Positions 28,210 through 39,906 are shown, numbered from the stretch's first letter. The stretch: DNA of 46,883 bases from Acidimicrobiia bacterium (GCA_041577335.1 JBFGJH010000019.1:1-46883), one strand, 5' to 3'. Numbers and translations: made by a program. Notes: a model not told the origin generated them from the sequence alone.

Positions 28210-29265
28210 CTATTCGCTCGGAGATGCGGTGGCGTTGGTCTCCCCGACCAGGACCTCTATCAATGGCTGCAGTGCAGAGCCCAGTCCAGCGCTGATCGGT
28301 TGGCCGCTGATGGCAGCGCGCCGGATCTGCCTGTCGTAGGGAACGACCACGATTGGATCAAGTCCCGTGGCGCGTCGCACTGCCGCCGTCGAGTCGGCAG
28401 GACGATCAGGCACTCGGTTCAAGACCAAGAGCGGACGGGGGCCCGTCCATGCGTGAAACACCTCGGCGGCACGGACGATCCCGGTGGGGCTGGCGTCACA
28501 CACGAAGACAACCTGCTCGGCCGCCACCGGCCCCACCATCCCGTAGGTCGGGCCGGCATCGAATACCACCCAGTCGTAGTCAGCCTGGGCTGCCAACACC
28601 AGATCCGATAGCAGCGGCACGGGCACCGTTCGACGCCCAAAGGCGCCGGTGACGACCGGGAGACCTCCTACCCGGCGGACCAATGGCTCGGAAATGTGAC
28701 CCGTCGAGCGAACGGCGGCGGCCGCTTCGACGACGGACGGCTGGGGTGACAATCCGAGGCGAAGAGACATGGACGGCCCGCTGAGATCGAGGTCGATGAG
28801 GAGGCATGACGCGAGCTGCGCCAGTCCGGTGGCAACGGCCAGGGCGATCTCAGTGCGACCCGGCGCGCCGTGGGCGCCGGTAACTGCAACGACCCGACCA
28901 CCTGAGCCCGGTTGGGGCGCCCCCATGGTGAGAAGACGGAGGCTCGCCAGCAGATCGGCGGTACTGGTGGAGTCAGGCAAGACTTCATCCGCCCCTCCCA
29001 TGGCGAGCAAGCGCCGGGCAGGCTCGTCTCCCGGGGGAAAGACGCCGACAACCCGACATCCCGATCGTTTCCACGATGCGATTTGCGGAGCAGAAACCCA
29101 CGCCGTCTCGGCACCCGCCACGACGGCATCGACCGCTCGCGGGTCGAGGTCTGTTGCAGCGTACGCCCTCGTGACGACCCGGACGGAAGCGGTGGCGCGA
29201 GCCGCCTCTACGAGGTTGGCCTCCCATGGCCGGGCCGTGAGGACGGTCGCTACCCGGGGTCTCAC
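28210..29265 (-). CDS. Receiver-like domain plus MinD/CpaE-like P-loop protein with deviant Walker A
   Basis: VVAVTGAHGAPGRTEIA, LIDLD, VVFDAG, LVLNR, VPYD; GTG 29265 overlaps the upstream TGA. Confidence 0.65.
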   Translation of the reverse strand: MRPRVATVLTARPWEANLVEAARATASVRVVTRAYAATDLDPRAVDAVVAGAETAWVSAPQIASWKRSGCRVVGVFPPGDEPARRLLAMGGADEVLPDSTSTADLLASLRLLTMGAPQPGSGGRVVAVTGAHGAPGRTEIALAVATGLAQLASCLLIDLDLSGPSMSLRLGLSPQPSVVEAAAAVRSTGHISEPLVRRVGGLPVVTGAFGRRTVPVPLLSDLVLAAQADYDWVVFDAGPTYGMVGPVAAEQVVFVCDASPTGIVRAAEVFHAWTGPRPLLVLNRVPDRPADSTAAVRRATGLDPIVVVPYDRQIRRAAISGQPISAGLGSALQPLIEVLVGETNATASPSE

Positions 29266-29558
29266 GTTCCGAACTCGACGACGGCGCAATGCTCGAGAAG
29301 AATGAAGGTCCGGTCGCCGAGCATGACGTGGTCGGCTCCGACGGCGCTCACGCAGCCAGTCCAGCTTCGCCCGGCGGTGGCACTGATGGTGACAGTCTCG
29401 GCCCGATCCTCCGCCTCGAGGAGACGATCGCGCAACACTCGGCGGCGTAGGCGCGACGCTGCCGCTGCCTCCTGCTCCGCCTGGAGCACGGCGTCGAGTT
29501 GCCGGCGCATTTTTTCTGCCAATTCGACGAGGTCCGGATGATGGAATGGTTCGGCCAT
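29262..29558 (-). CDS. Hypothetical protein (helical N-terminus, small beta C-terminus)
   Basis: Plausible coding sequence; translationally coupled to the downstream P-loop gene by GTGA overlap. Confidence 0.6.
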   Translation of the reverse strand: MAEPFHHPDLVELAEKMRRQLDAVLQAEQEAAAASRLRRRVLRDRLLEAEDRAETVTISATAGRSWTGCVSAVGADHVMLGDRTFILLEHCAVVEFGT

Positions 29559-29705
29559 GTCTGTCACTATCAATCGCTAACTAGCGCTAATCTATCCCGT
29601 TCGGCGAGGATCTGCCAAGAGAGGGGTGGCGAAATGTTTCGCGCTTTCCTCGGTGCGTAGTCAATGGGGTTGATGTCGCACGCAACAACCCATACGCTTG
29701 GCCAC

Positions 29706-29933
29706 ATGGAGCGAATCGAAGTCAACCTCGACAAGGAATGGCTTTCGGTCGCAGATATCTGCGAATACATGGGTGTTTCCACCTTTGTCGTGACGTCGGT
29801 GCTGCGGGGAGGCGAGCTACCTGCTGTGAAATTCGGCCGCGAGTGGCGCGTCGCTCGCCAGGACTTCGAGAACTGGATCAACTCGCAGCGTCAGGCGGGT
29901 GCTGTCGAGCGCCAAGCAGCCGAGCACCGCTAA
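29706..29933 (+). CDS. Small excisionase/BldC-like helix-turn-helix DNA-binding protein (HTH_17)
   Basis: [14 protein letters not shown]...[20 protein letters not shown] -10 seven nt upstream. Confidence 0.8.
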   Translation: MERIEVNLDKEWLSVADICEYMGVSTFVVTSVLRGGELPAVKFGREWRVARQDFENWINSQRQAGAVERQAAEHR

Positions 29934-29946
29934 CGTTCCCATCATC

Positions 29947-30228
29947 ATGGCCACGGCGCCTCAGGAAACCATCGATGTCGAGTCAGATGTTCGGACCGAC
30001 CGGGCATGGAACGTGGTCGTCTGGGATGATCCCGTGAATCTCATGAGCTATGTGGTTTTCGTCTTTCGGAAACTCTTCGGGTATTCCGAAGCCGAGGCGA
30101 CGAAGCTCATGCTCGAGGTCCACCACGACGGCAAGAGCATCGTCGCATCCGCACCGCGCGAACGTGCCGAGATGGACTGCTACCGCTTACATCGGTACGG
30201 TCTCTGGGCGACGATCGAACGTCCGTGA
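29947..30228 (+). CDS. clpS: ATP-dependent Clp protease adaptor ClpS
   Basis: [33 protein letters not shown]. Confidence 0.93.
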   Translation: MATAPQETIDVESDVRTDRAWNVVVWDDPVNLMSYVVFVFRKLFGYSEAEATKLMLEVHHDGKSIVASAPRERAEMDCYRLHRYGLWATIERP

Positions 30229-30686
30229 CCGAGGTTTTCCGTCCCGAGGCGGGGGGAGTGCGGATGGAGCTCTCGACGTGGCAGGTGGAGCTCTTGGCGG
30301 CGATCCCGGCGTTGGTGGAGAACGGCGGCGAGGCGCTGCCCGCCGACGCCTATGCCGACGACCCGTTGGCGAACTCCGAGTATCGCCGGTACATGGCCGA
30401 CGAGGCAGAGCAGGCAGACAGTGGCGACATGGCAATCGTCATGACGACGCTCAGCGCTGCGCTCGATGGTGTGGTGCTCGATGCGGAAGAGGCGGAAGCT
30501 TGGCTTCGATCGGTCGGCAAGGCGCGGCTGGTGCTCGGAAACCGTCTCGGGGTGACGTCCAATGCTTGGGAGGCGGACGACACCATGGAAGAGACTCCGG
30601 AGCTCGCTCTCCTGCATTATCTGTCATGGATCCAAAACAGCCTCGTCGACGCGTTGAGCGATCTCTTGCCCGACCCTGTCGAATGA
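30225..30686 (+). CDS. DUF2017 family protein
   Basis: [40 protein letters not shown]; follows clpS as in other Actinomycetota. Confidence 0.8.
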   Translation: MTEVFRPEAGGVRMELSTWQVELLAAIPALVENGGEALPADAYADDPLANSEYRRYMADEAEQADSGDMAIVMTTLSAALDGVVLDAEEAEAWLRSVGKARLVLGNRLGVTSNAWEADDTMEETPELALLHYLSWIQNSLVDALSDLLPDPVE

Positions 30687-30719
30687 GCTTCTGGCCGCGA
30701 GCTTCTCGGGTTGTCAGGA

Positions 30720-31937
30720 ATGACTGAGCTATCCGCCTACGACATGGCCCACGGCGGCGAGGCCGTCGCTCGACTCGATGGGAAAGCCGTATTCGTGGCA
30801 GGCGTCATCCCGGGGGAACGGATCGAGGCGTCCATCACCAGGGACGGTGGTTCGTGGGCTCGCGCTGAACTCGACGAGATCGTAGAGGCATCACCTGACA
30901 GGGTCTCGCCGCCGTGCCCTCATTTCGCCGCGTGTGGCGGCTGTCAGTGGCAGTATCTCGACTACGACGCGCAGCTCCGCTGGAAGACGAAGACCGTGGC
31001 TGCCCAGCTCGCCCACCTTGGAGGTCTCGCCGAGGTGGCAGTGCGCGACACGCTGCCGTCGAGCCGTCCGTATGGCTACCGCAACCGCATGGACTTCCAT
31101 GTCAGGGACGGCCGGCCGGCGCTTTATCGTTCGCGCAGCCACGATCTCGTCCCGCTCGGTGAATGCCATCTGCTCATCCCGGTGCTGGCGAGTCTTTTCT
31201 CTCGGCTTGGGCCGCTCGATGATGTGCAGCAGATCACGCTGCGGGCCGGCGAAGCGACCGGTGAAGAGATGGTGGTGATCCGGGGCGCCGTGCCCCCGCA
31301 AGCAAAAGAATGGGGCGTCCACGTGGCCCGAGTTCGACGCGGCAAGCCAGTTGCCGAATTCGGTCGCAGTCACCTCTTCGAGGAAGTTGCCGGGAATCGG
31401 TATCGGATCACGGCCAATGCCTTCTTTCAGAACAACACCGAGGGCGCCGCCCAGCTCGTCGAACTGGTTCGGGAGGCGCTCGAACCAGGGCCTGAAGATG
31501 TTGTCCTCGACGGTTACGCCGGTGGCGGGCTCTTTTCGGTGGCACTGGCCGGCTCGGTTGACGAGGTGGTTGCGGTCGAAACATCGCCGCTCGGACTGGC
31601 CGACCTCGAACATAACCTCGAAGCCGCCGGGGCTTTTGCGGCGATCGTCCCGGTTCCCTTCGAAGAGGCAGCGTCCGAGGTCGATTTCTGGGATGTCGCA
31701 GTCGTCGATCCGCCGCGCACAGGACTGGGGCCTTCCGGCATCGAGACCGTGACGTCGGCCGCGCCTCGGGCAATCGCGCTCGTCTCCTGTGACCCAGCCG
31801 CCCTGGCGCGCGACGCAAGAGGCTTGACGGGAGCCGGCTATGAACTGGACTGGGTTGCCCCGGTCGACCTCTTTCCGCAGACCTATCACATCGAGACAGT
31901 GAGCCGATTTGTGAAGACCGATCCGAATTCCCCGTGA
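30720..31937 (+). CDS. TRAM-domain class I SAM-dependent RNA m5U methyltransferase (RlmD/TrmA family)
   Basis: AHGGEAVAR, CPHFAACGGC, YRNR, FFQNN, DGYAGGGLF, VDPPRTG, VSCDP, DLFPQTYHIE. Confidence 0.9.
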   Translation: MTELSAYDMAHGGEAVARLDGKAVFVAGVIPGERIEASITRDGGSWARAELDEIVEASPDRVSPPCPHFAACGGCQWQYLDYDAQLRWKTKTVAAQLAHLGGLAEVAVRDTLPSSRPYGYRNRMDFHVRDGRPALYRSRSHDLVPLGECHLLIPVLASLFSRLGPLDDVQQITLRAGEATGEEMVVIRGAVPPQAKEWGVHVARVRRGKPVAEFGRSHLFEEVAGNRYRITANAFFQNNTEGAAQLVELVREALEPGPEDVVLDGYAGGGLFSVALAGSVDEVVAVETSPLGLADLEHNLEAAGAFAAIVPVPFEEAASEVDFWDVAVVDPPRTGLGPSGIETVTSAAPRAIALVSCDPAALARDARGLTGAGYELDWVAPVDLFPQTYHIETVSRFVKTDPNSP

Positions 31938-32014
31938 TCTTTTCTCGGATCGACGGCGTGGCGCCGGGTTTGCGCGAGTAGTTTCGTTCTATCGAACGGC
32001 CAGAGGAGGTCTCC

Positions 32015-32518
32015 ATGCAGGTGTCCATGACGGTGAACGGCAACACCGTATCCGAGGACGTGGAGGCAAGAACACTGCTGGTCCATTTCATTCGTGAGCA
32101 GTTGCTGCTCACTGGCACACACGTTGGATGCGAAACGTCTTACTGCGGCGCTTGTACGGTGCACGTGAATGGCGAGGCCATCAAATCGTGCACGATGCTT
32201 GCCGTCCAGGCGGACGGAGCCGAGATCACGACGATCGAGGGCCTCGCCGAAGGCGATGAGCTGCACCCCGTTCAGGAGGGCTTCTGGGAGCGCCATGGGC
32301 TCCAATGTGGCTACTGCACGCCAGGGATGATCATGTCCGGGGTTGCGCTGCTCGCCGACAATCCAAGCCCGACCGAGGCCGAGATTCGCCACGGGATCGA
32401 AGGCAACCTCTGTCGTTGTACGGGATATCACAACATCGTCAGATCGATCGAATACGCCGCAGCGAAGATGCGAGGCGAAACGCCTCCGCCGGCTGAATGG
32501 GAGGAGGCGTCCGCATGA
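32015..32518 (+). CDS. coxS: Molybdenum hydroxylase small [2Fe-2S] subunit (CoxS-like)
   Basis: [32 protein letters not shown]. Confidence 0.92.
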   Translation: MQVSMTVNGNTVSEDVEARTLLVHFIREQLLLTGTHVGCETSYCGACTVHVNGEAIKSCTMLAVQADGAEITTIEGLAEGDELHPVQEGFWERHGLQCGYCTPGMIMSGVALLADNPSPTEAEIRHGIEGNLCRCTGYHNIVRSIEYAAAKMRGETPPPAEWEEASA

Positions 32519-34896
32519 GCACCACCAGCGTTCTCGGGGGCGTCGTCAAGCGCCGCGAAGACCCGGCCCTGATTCAAGGCAAAGGCCTGTACGTCGACGA
32601 CGTGAAACTGCCAGGAATGCTCTACGCCGCGTTCGTGCGTAGCCCCTTCGCCCATGCTCGTATCAACTCCATCGACACCGCGGCCGCACTCGCGATGGAC
32701 GGTGTGCGAGCCGTCTACACCATCGATGATGTTCGCCACCTCGGTCCCCTCCTCGCCCAGCTGCCCGTAGGCAAGCAGCGTCCGCTGCTCGCCGATGGCA
32801 TGGTGAACCACGCCGGCGAGGCCGTAGCGATGATCGTCGCCGACTCTCCGTACGTCGCTCAGGACGCCGTTGAGCTCGTTGATGTCGACTACGAGCCGCT
32901 TGCTGCGATCGTCGACCTCAAAGAAGCCGCATCCGATGCAGCCCTCGTGCACGACGATCTCGAGTCGAACACGATCATCGCCTGGGCCGGGCACGAGTGG
33001 TGGGCAGGCGTGATCCCCGGGAAAGATGGTTCCGCTGAGATCGAAGCGGCCAAGCAGCGAGATGATGTCGTGATCGTCTCCCAGGAGATGGTCAATCAGC
33101 GCCTCATCCCGACAGCAATCGAGCCTCGCTCTGTCGTAGCCGACTGGAATACCGGCTACGACCGCATCACGCTTTATTCGTCGAGCCAGATCATCCATGC
33201 GGTGGCAGCCGCGGTTGCGAAGACCTTCGGACTGCCGACGAACGCCGTGCACGGGATCGCCCCCGAAGTGGGTGGTGGATTCGGGTGCAAGCTGAACGTC
33301 TACGTCGACGAGATCCTCACTTGCTTTGCCTCCAAAGACCTCGACCGGCCGGTGAAATTCACCGAAACACGTCGCGAGGCGGCCGTGTCGACCATTCAGG
33401 GCCGCGGCTGGATCGGAACGGCGACGATCGTTGGCACCAACGACGGCGAGATCCTCGGGTACGAATTCGACGGCATTGCTGACATGGGCGCCTACAGCCA
33501 GAACATCACAATTGCGATTCCGTTGCTCGGCGTGTACGTGGCCCAGGGCCAATATGACATCCCATTGAGCTTCAATATCAAGGGAGTCCACACCCACACG
33601 ATGACGACCGATGCCTACCGGGGTGCGGGTCGCCCCGAGGCTGCCTACTACATCGAACGGATCGTGGACATCTACGCCCGCAAGATCGGTATGGATCCTG
33701 CCGAAGTCCGACGGAAGAACTACTTCAAGAAGGAGCAGTTTCCGGCGACGACCGCGATCGGCCTGACGATGGACTCTGGCGATTACGAGAAGAGCCTCGA
33801 CGCCATGCTCGAGGGTGTCGGATGGTCGGATCTTCTCGCCGAGCGGGATCAGGCGCAGGCAGCCGGCCGACACGTAGGCATTGGGCTCTCCAGCTACGTC
33901 GAGGTCTGCGGGTTCGGTCCGTCGATCCTCGCCGAGTTCGGATTCTCGTTCGATGGCTATGGAGCTCCGTCTGCCTTCACCGGGACCGGTCTGGTTCGTG
34001 TCAACACAGACGGTTCGGCGACAGTGATCATCGGAACAGGCCCGTCGGGTCAAGGACATGAGACGGCTTGGGCTCAGATCGTTGCCGACGGGCTGGGCAT
34101 CCCGATGGAGCACGTCACGGTTCTCCACGGAGACACGAAGGAGTCGCCGTTTGGGGTTGGCACTTTCGGAAGCCGCTCGATTGCCGTCGACGGCGCTGCC
34201 GCGTATGGCGCAACGGCCGAGGTGAGGACCAAGGCCGCCGCCATTGCCGCCCACCTGCTCGAAGCCTCGGCTGACGACATCCGGTTCGAAGATGGATCGG
34301 CTCACGTCGCCGGAAGCCCCGACAAGGCGGTTTCGTGGGCCGACATTGCGAAGGCGGCTCACCGCCCCCACATGTTGCCGGAAGGCATGGCGGGTGGCCT
34401 CGAAGCGGTCAACTATTTCGACCCACCCAACGCAACCTGGCCATTCGGAACGCACCTGGCGATGGTCGAAGTCGATCCAGAGACCGGCAACTTCGACATC
34501 CTTCGCTACGTCACGGTGGATGATTGCGGCAATGTGGTGAATCCGATGATTGTCGACGGACAGGTGCACGGCGGGATCACCCAGGGTGTCGCCCAGGCCG
34601 TGCTGGAGGAGGCGATCTACGACCAAGATGGCAACCTACTGACGCCGTCGCTCATGGACTATCCGATTCCGACTGCGTCCGATGTGCCGTCATTCGAGCT
34701 GCACCGAACGGTTACGCCGACTGACGTCAATCCGCTGGGTGTGAAGGGGATCGGCGAGGCCGGCACCATCGGCTCTGCTCAGACCATCGTCAACGCGGTG
34801 GTGGACGCCCTGGCCCCACTCGGTGTGGAGCATATCGAGATGCCGCTCAGACCCAGACGGGTCTGGCAGGCAATCCAAGACGCGAAGGGAGCGTAG
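32515..34896 (+). CDS. Xanthine dehydrogenase-family molybdopterin large subunit, form II CoxL-like
   Basis: [25 protein letters not shown] (33613-33633 encodes AYRGAGR), [28 protein letters not shown]. Confidence 0.9.
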   Translation: MSTTSVLGGVVKRREDPALIQGKGLYVDDVKLPGMLYAAFVRSPFAHARINSIDTAAALAMDGVRAVYTIDDVRHLGPLLAQLPVGKQRPLLADGMVNHAGEAVAMIVADSPYVAQDAVELVDVDYEPLAAIVDLKEAASDAALVHDDLESNTIIAWAGHEWWAGVIPGKDGSAEIEAAKQRDDVVIVSQEMVNQRLIPTAIEPRSVVADWNTGYDRITLYSSSQIIHAVAAAVAKTFGLPTNAVHGIAPEVGGGFGCKLNVYVDEILTCFASKDLDRPVKFTETRREAAVSTIQGRGWIGTATIVGTNDGEILGYEFDGIADMGAYSQNITIAIPLLGVYVAQGQYDIPLSFNIKGVHTHTMTTDAYRGAGRPEAAYYIERIVDIYARKIGMDPAEVRRKNYFKKEQFPATTAIGLTMDSGDYEKSLDAMLEGVGWSDLLAERDQAQAAGRHVGIGLSSYVEVCGFGPSILAEFGFSFDGYGAPSAFTGTGLVRVNTDGSATVIIGTGPSGQGHETAWAQIVADGLGIPMEHVTVLHGDTKESPFGVGTFGSRSIAVDGAAAYGATAEVRTKAAAIAAHLLEASADDIRFEDGSAHVAGSPDKAVSWADIAKAAHRPHMLPEGMAGGLEAVNYFDPPNATWPFGTHLAMVEVDPETGNFDILRYVTVDDCGNVVNPMIVDGQVHGGITQGVAQAVLEEAIYDQDGNLLTPSLMDYPIPTASDVPSFELHRTVTPTDVNPLGVKGIGEAGTIGSAQTIVNAVVDALAPLGVEHIEMPLRPRRVWQAIQDAKGA

Positions 34897-34899
34897 GAG

Positions 34900-35745
34900 A
34901 TGTATCCACGCGAATTCGATTACCTAGCCGTCGGCTCGATCGACGAGGCGGTCTCAGCTTTGGCCGCCAACCCGGGAGCCAAGGTGATGTCGGGTGGCAT
35001 GAGCCTCATTCCCATGATGAAGCTCCGGCTCCTCTCGCCAGAAACGGTTGTTGACATCGGAAGGGTTGCCGGCCTCGACCAGATCGAGGACAAAGGCGAC
35101 CATATTTCGATCGGTGCGCTCGTCCGGCACGCCGCAGTGGCGGCATCACCCATCCTCGCAGAGCACGCCAAAGCCTTGACCCAAGCAGCCTCTTGGACGG
35201 GTGACCGCCAGGTACGGACACGCGGTACCTTGGCTGGTGCACTTGCCCACGCCGATCTGGCTGCCGACTCGCCGGCCGCGGTGCTGGCGCTGGGTGCCAC
35301 CATGGTCGCGCAAGGTCCGGGAGGAACCAGAGAGATCGCTGCGGGCGAGTTTTTCGTCGATACGCTCACCTCGGCGCTGAGCCTCGATGAGATCCTCATC
35401 GAGGTGCGTATTCCCAAGAAGGGTGGCGCTTCCGCCTACGACAAACTCGGACGCCGCGGCGGGCATTCCGACTACGCCGTGGCCGGAGCGGCGGCATGGG
35501 TTGCCATGGACGGCGGGACCGTCTCGGATTGTGCGGTGGCACTGACGGGCGTCGGGACCAAGCCGCAGCTCGCGTTGGGCGTCATGGAAGCGTTGACCGG
35601 CAACGCCGGCGATACCGTGGCAGCGGCTGCGGAGAGGGCCACCGAAGGAGTGACCGTTCTCGAGGATCTCTACGGGTCCGAGGAGTACAAGGCACACCTG
35701 GCCAAGGTGTATGTGCGAAGGGCGCTCGAGCAGGCCATTGCCTGA
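34900..35745 (+). CDS. coxM: Molybdenum hydroxylase FAD-binding medium subunit (CoxM-like)
   Basis: MSGGMSLIPMMKLRL, QVRTRGTLAG.LAHAD, EILIEVRIP. Confidence 0.9.
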   Translation: MYPREFDYLAVGSIDEAVSALAANPGAKVMSGGMSLIPMMKLRLLSPETVVDIGRVAGLDQIEDKGDHISIGALVRHAAVAASPILAEHAKALTQAASWTGDRQVRTRGTLAGALAHADLAADSPAAVLALGATMVAQGPGGTREIAAGEFFVDTLTSALSLDEILIEVRIPKKGGASAYDKLGRRGGHSDYAVAGAAAWVAMDGGTVSDCAVALTGVGTKPQLALGVMEALTGNAGDTVAAAAERATEGVTVLEDLYGSEEYKAHLAKVYVRRALEQAIA

Positions 35746-35773
35746 ACGAGGCGTGGGCGATCTTTCAGGCTGC

Positions 35774-35801
35774 AAGAAGGCCGCCCTTGGGCGGTCTTCT
35801 T
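35774..35801 (+). terminator. Probable intrinsic terminator after coxM
   Basis: AAGAAGGCCGCCC-TT-GGGCGGTCTTCTT hairpin with one G-U pair. Confidence 0.65.
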
Positions 35802-35855
35802 CTGCCAGACCAAGAGCAGAAGGAGCCCGTGCGAACGGCAACTATCCTGGCCGGC

Positions 35856-36176
35856 ATGGAAAAGCCGGTACCTGAGCTGACGCCCGAAGAAGCCCAGCAG
35901 CGCATGGCCGATGGCGCCCTGCTGATCGACGTGCGTGAACAGAAAGAGTGGGACGCTGCTCGAATCCCCGGAGCCGTGCTGCAGCCGATGTCGCTGCTCA
36001 ACTCTTGGTACCAGGATCTCCCTTCCGACCAAGACATCGTCTTGGTATGCCGGACAGGGAATCGGTCGGGACGGATCGCTGACGCACTCATCAACCAGGC
36101 CGGGTACGAGACCGTATTCAACCTCACCGGCGGCATCGTGCGATGGGCCGAAGAAGGCAGGCCCGTCGAGAGCTAG
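35856..36176 (+). CDS. Single-domain rhodanese (sulfurtransferase)
   Basis: LIDVRE..EW...IPGA, active-site loop CRTGNRS, NLTGGI..W; TATCCT -10 seven nt upstream. Confidence 0.88.
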   Translation: MEKPVPELTPEEAQQRMADGALLIDVREQKEWDAARIPGAVLQPMSLLNSWYQDLPSDQDIVLVCRTGNRSGRIADALINQAGYETVFNLTGGIVRWAEEGRPVES

Positions 36177-36326
36177 CCGATCGGATCATGATCCGATCGA
36201 GGCTTCGACCCCGCTCGGGATCGGGGCCGACTGCGCTGCGTCGTCCGGCCGCGGTGACTAGGTAGTTGTTGTGTCGGGTTTTTGCCGTTCAGCTTATTGC
36301 CAGAGTTGGCCGATACTTACGGGGTA

Positions 36327-37247
36327 ATGAACAAGATCCGGTCGTTGGCTTGGGCCACGGTGCCCGCGTTGATGGCGGTAGGCCTCCAGCAATACCGCCA
36401 AGCTGTCCGCGAGATCGATGGCCATCTACCCGGCAAACCCGTGCTGCCGGGAGCAGTCCGATCGGTCCCGACCGTTTGGGGCAACGCTTCCTACCGAGTC
36501 GTTCATGGCGACCCCAACCGCAGCCCCCTGCTGCTGGTTCACGGATGGGGGAGGACGGGCGACTCGGCCTGGTGGCCACTCGTCTGGGAGACCGACCGCA
36601 CCCTGGTGGTCGTCGATCTCCCCGGACATGGTCGATCTCGCCTCAACGGCCGATTCAGCTTCTACCGAGCCGCCGATGCGATCGAAGAAGTGCTCGCCCA
36701 CACCGGCATCGACCGCCCCACGATGGTGGGCCATTCCATGGGCGGCGCCGTTGCGCTGGAAACCATACGCCAGCTTGGAGCTGACCGGTTTTCAGGGCTC
36801 ATCCTGTTGGCGTCGTCGGCCTATTGGGTGCGGCCGCGTCTCTGGGTGACGCTGGCGGCAGCCCCGGTCGTCATGGGGCCCCGCTCGCCGGTGCTCATCC
36901 GGCGTCAGCACGCCGAGCTGTTGGAGCGGCCGGAGGATGCCCGCCGGATCGTGTGGGAATACGACAGCCGGCCCGACCGTCGAATCCTCGATGATACGGC
37001 CCGGGCGCTACGCAATCTGGACGCTCGCGCATGGCCGCCGATGGATCTCCCGCCCGCAGTGTGGCTCGTCACCACGCGCGACGGCGTGATCAGCCCATCC
37101 CATCAGCGGATCTCGGCGCAACACTTCGGAGTTCCGACGGTTGACATCGACGCTGAGCATGCTGCGGTGACGCAAGCACCCGGCCAAGTTCTCGATGCCA
37201 TCGAGGCCGCTACCGCGGCATGGGACCCTCACCACATTTCAGCCTGA
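36327..37247 (+). CDS. Alpha/beta-fold hydrolase
   Basis: LLVHGW, DLPGHGRS, GHSMGG nucleophile elbow, DGVI, AEH. Confidence 0.85.
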   Translation: MNKIRSLAWATVPALMAVGLQQYRQAVREIDGHLPGKPVLPGAVRSVPTVWGNASYRVVHGDPNRSPLLLVHGWGRTGDSAWWPLVWETDRTLVVVDLPGHGRSRLNGRFSFYRAADAIEEVLAHTGIDRPTMVGHSMGGAVALETIRQLGADRFSGLILLASSAYWVRPRLWVTLAAAPVVMGPRSPVLIRRQHAELLERPEDARRIVWEYDSRPDRRILDDTARALRNLDARAWPPMDLPPAVWLVTTRDGVISPSHQRISAQHFGVPTVDIDAEHAAVTQAPGQVLDAIEAATAAWDPHHISA

Positions 37248-37252
37248 CAACA

Positions 37253-37278
37253 CCAGAAGGCCCCGGAGGGCCTTCTGG
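37253..37278. terminator. Hairpin terminator between convergent hydrolase and hsp20
   Basis: CCAGAAGGCCC-CGGA-GGGCCTTCTGG. Confidence 0.75.
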
Positions 37279-37301
37279 GAGGTTGCGGGAGGGGGGACGG
37301 A

Positions 37302-37736
37302 TCAGGTCTTGGAGGCTTCGAGCTCCGCTTGCTCGTCGACGGCAATCGAGATCTTTCTGGGCTTGACCTCTTCGCGGAGGGGGATGGTCACCGCCAACAC
37401 GCCATTGCGGTAGTCGGCCTCGATACGTGACAGATCGGCCATGTCGCCTACCCGGATCTGACGGGTGTGCTTGCCGGTCGGCCGCTCTCGGACAGACCAA
37501 ATGACGTCATCGTCGGTGACTTCGACCGGTCGGCTCACCGTGAGGGTCAGAACACTCTTCTCGGTGGTGAGGTCGATCTGGTCTGACGAGACTCCGGGGA
37601 GGTCGAATCGCAGATGGAACGCGTCTTCCTTGGTGTAGGCGTCCATGGGGATGGACAGACCACCTGTCCAGTCTCGCTCGAGTCGGTTGAACATCCTTTC
37701 GACTTCTGCCAAGGGATGCTGCATACGAACCGCCAT
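37302..37736 (-). CDS. Hsp20/alpha-crystallin small heat-shock protein
   Basis: PMDAY, FDLPGV, ERPTG, IEADYRNGVLAVTIP, KPRKISI; AAAGGAG RBS. Confidence 0.92.
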   Translation of the reverse strand: MAVRMQHPLAEVERMFNRLERDWTGGLSIPMDAYTKEDAFHLRFDLPGVSSDQIDLTTEKSVLTLTVSRPVEVTDDDVIWSVRERPTGKHTRQIRVGDMADLSRIEADYRNGVLAVTIPLREEVKPRKISIAVDEQAELEASKT

Positions 37737-37785
37737 GTCGGTACTCCTTTCTGTATCAAGCTGTCTCTTGCCAACGCATAAGTAA

Positions 37786-37837
37786 TCTTAGCGGTATACG
37801 CTCAGATATTTGTATCACTCAGTACTGAGAAAGTCAA
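37786..37837 (-). promoter_or_regulatory. hsp20 promoter (TTGACT-N17-TACAAA) with HAIR-like inverted repeat
   Basis: Minus strand TTGACT-17 nt-TACAAA, then TCTGAGC-N7-GCTAAGA (37806-37786) resembling the HspR site CTTGAGT-N7-ACTCAAG; CTCAGTACTGAG palindrome in the spacer. Confidence 0.55.
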
Positions 37838-37889
37838 GCCCGATGGCCTGATGAGCCGCAAGGTTCGCCCCGCTACTAGGCTCCCGGTG

Positions 37890-38766
<877 letters not shown>

Positions 38767-38774
<8 letters not shown>

Positions 38775-39906
38775 TCAGCGACTGGCACAGCGGATGGTCG
38801 GTTTCGTACGAGCGTTGCGAAGCGAAGGTTTGACGCTCACGCCGGACACGTCGATCAATGCGCTTGCGGCTCTCGAGCACATCGACATCTCCAACGGTGC
38901 GGACGTCTATAGCGCGCTGCGGTCGCTCACGATCGTTCGACCCGAACAACTCGAGATCTTCGATCGCGTCTTTCGCGAATATTTCACGGGTCGCATCCCG
39001 GACGAGGCTGTCGAAGCCGGTGAGCCAGAACCGCTGTCTTTTGAGCAATGGGCTATCCGTAGTCCTTCGGCGGCGCTCTCCGCCGTGGACGAGGCCGACG
39101 ACGAGCTATCCGATCAGCGTGGCGCATCAGCGTTCGAGAGAATGGGCCACCGCGACTTCTCGGATCTCGACGACGCAGAGATCGACCGTGCTCGCCAGCT
39201 CATCGCCCGGATGGTGTGGCAGCCGTCCGATGCTCGGAGCAGGCGATGGAAGACCGACGCCCGTGGGCTCAGGCCGGACATGCGGGCGACGCTGCGGTCC
39301 ATGACCGGCCCTGCCGCCGATCTGGTTCCCATGGTCATGAGCCGGCGCCGGTTTCGCCGGAGGCCGCTCGTTGTGATCGCCGACGTCAGCGGATCGATGG
39401 AGGCCTACGCCGAGATGATGTTGACCTTCGCACATGCTGCGCGCGCTCGTATCAGCCGGGTCGAATCGTTCGTTTTCTCGACCAAGCTCACCCGGGTTAC
39501 CTGGCAGCTGGGTCGTCGCGAGGTGAAGGCAGCTTTGGCGGGGGTCGCCGCAGCTGTAGACGATTGGTCCGGCGGCACCAAGATCGGAGAAGCACTCGAG
39601 ACGTTCAACCGAGACTGGTCGCGGCGAGTATTGCGCGGAGGCCCCGTGGTGTTGATCGTCAGCGACGGTTGGGACTGCGGCGAACCGGGCCTTCTCGACC
39701 GGGAGATGGCTCGACTGCGCAGGAGCGTTCATCGCGTCGTGTGGCTCAACCCACTGGCGGGTCGCAATGGCTACGCCCCGGAAACCCGCGGTATGAAGAC
39801 AGTACTTCCGTACGTCGACGACTTCCTTCCGGCGGCAACGCTGGGCGATCTCGCCGACGTGGTGGAGCTTCTAGAGTCGACGACAAAGCAAATACGGGTG
39901 GCATAG
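38767..39906 (+). CDS. coxE: VWA domain protein (CoxE-like)
   Basis: DVSGSM MIDAS, FSTKLTRVT, WSGGTKIG, SDGWD, WLNPL. Confidence 0.87.

Noticed and set aside
29706..29933. Prophage or ICE excisionase
   Set aside because: No integrase, tRNA/att site or phage genes nearby; flanked by housekeeping clpS-DUF2017
32428..34626. 732-aa minus-strand ORF and other long antisense ORFs (e.g. 1604-2878, 25171-26199, 30891-31889)
   Set aside because: Shadow ORFs opposite well-supported genes, expected in high-GC DNA; no recognisable motifs
32515..34896. Bona fide aerobic CO dehydrogenase (form I)
   Set aside because: Active-site loop is AYRGAGR, not AYXCSFR, and gene order is SLM rather than MSL
37811..37837. 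CIRCE (HrcA) element upstream of hsp20
   Set aside because: TATCACTC-N6-GAGAAAG has a 6-nt rather than 9-nt spacer and a poor second arm
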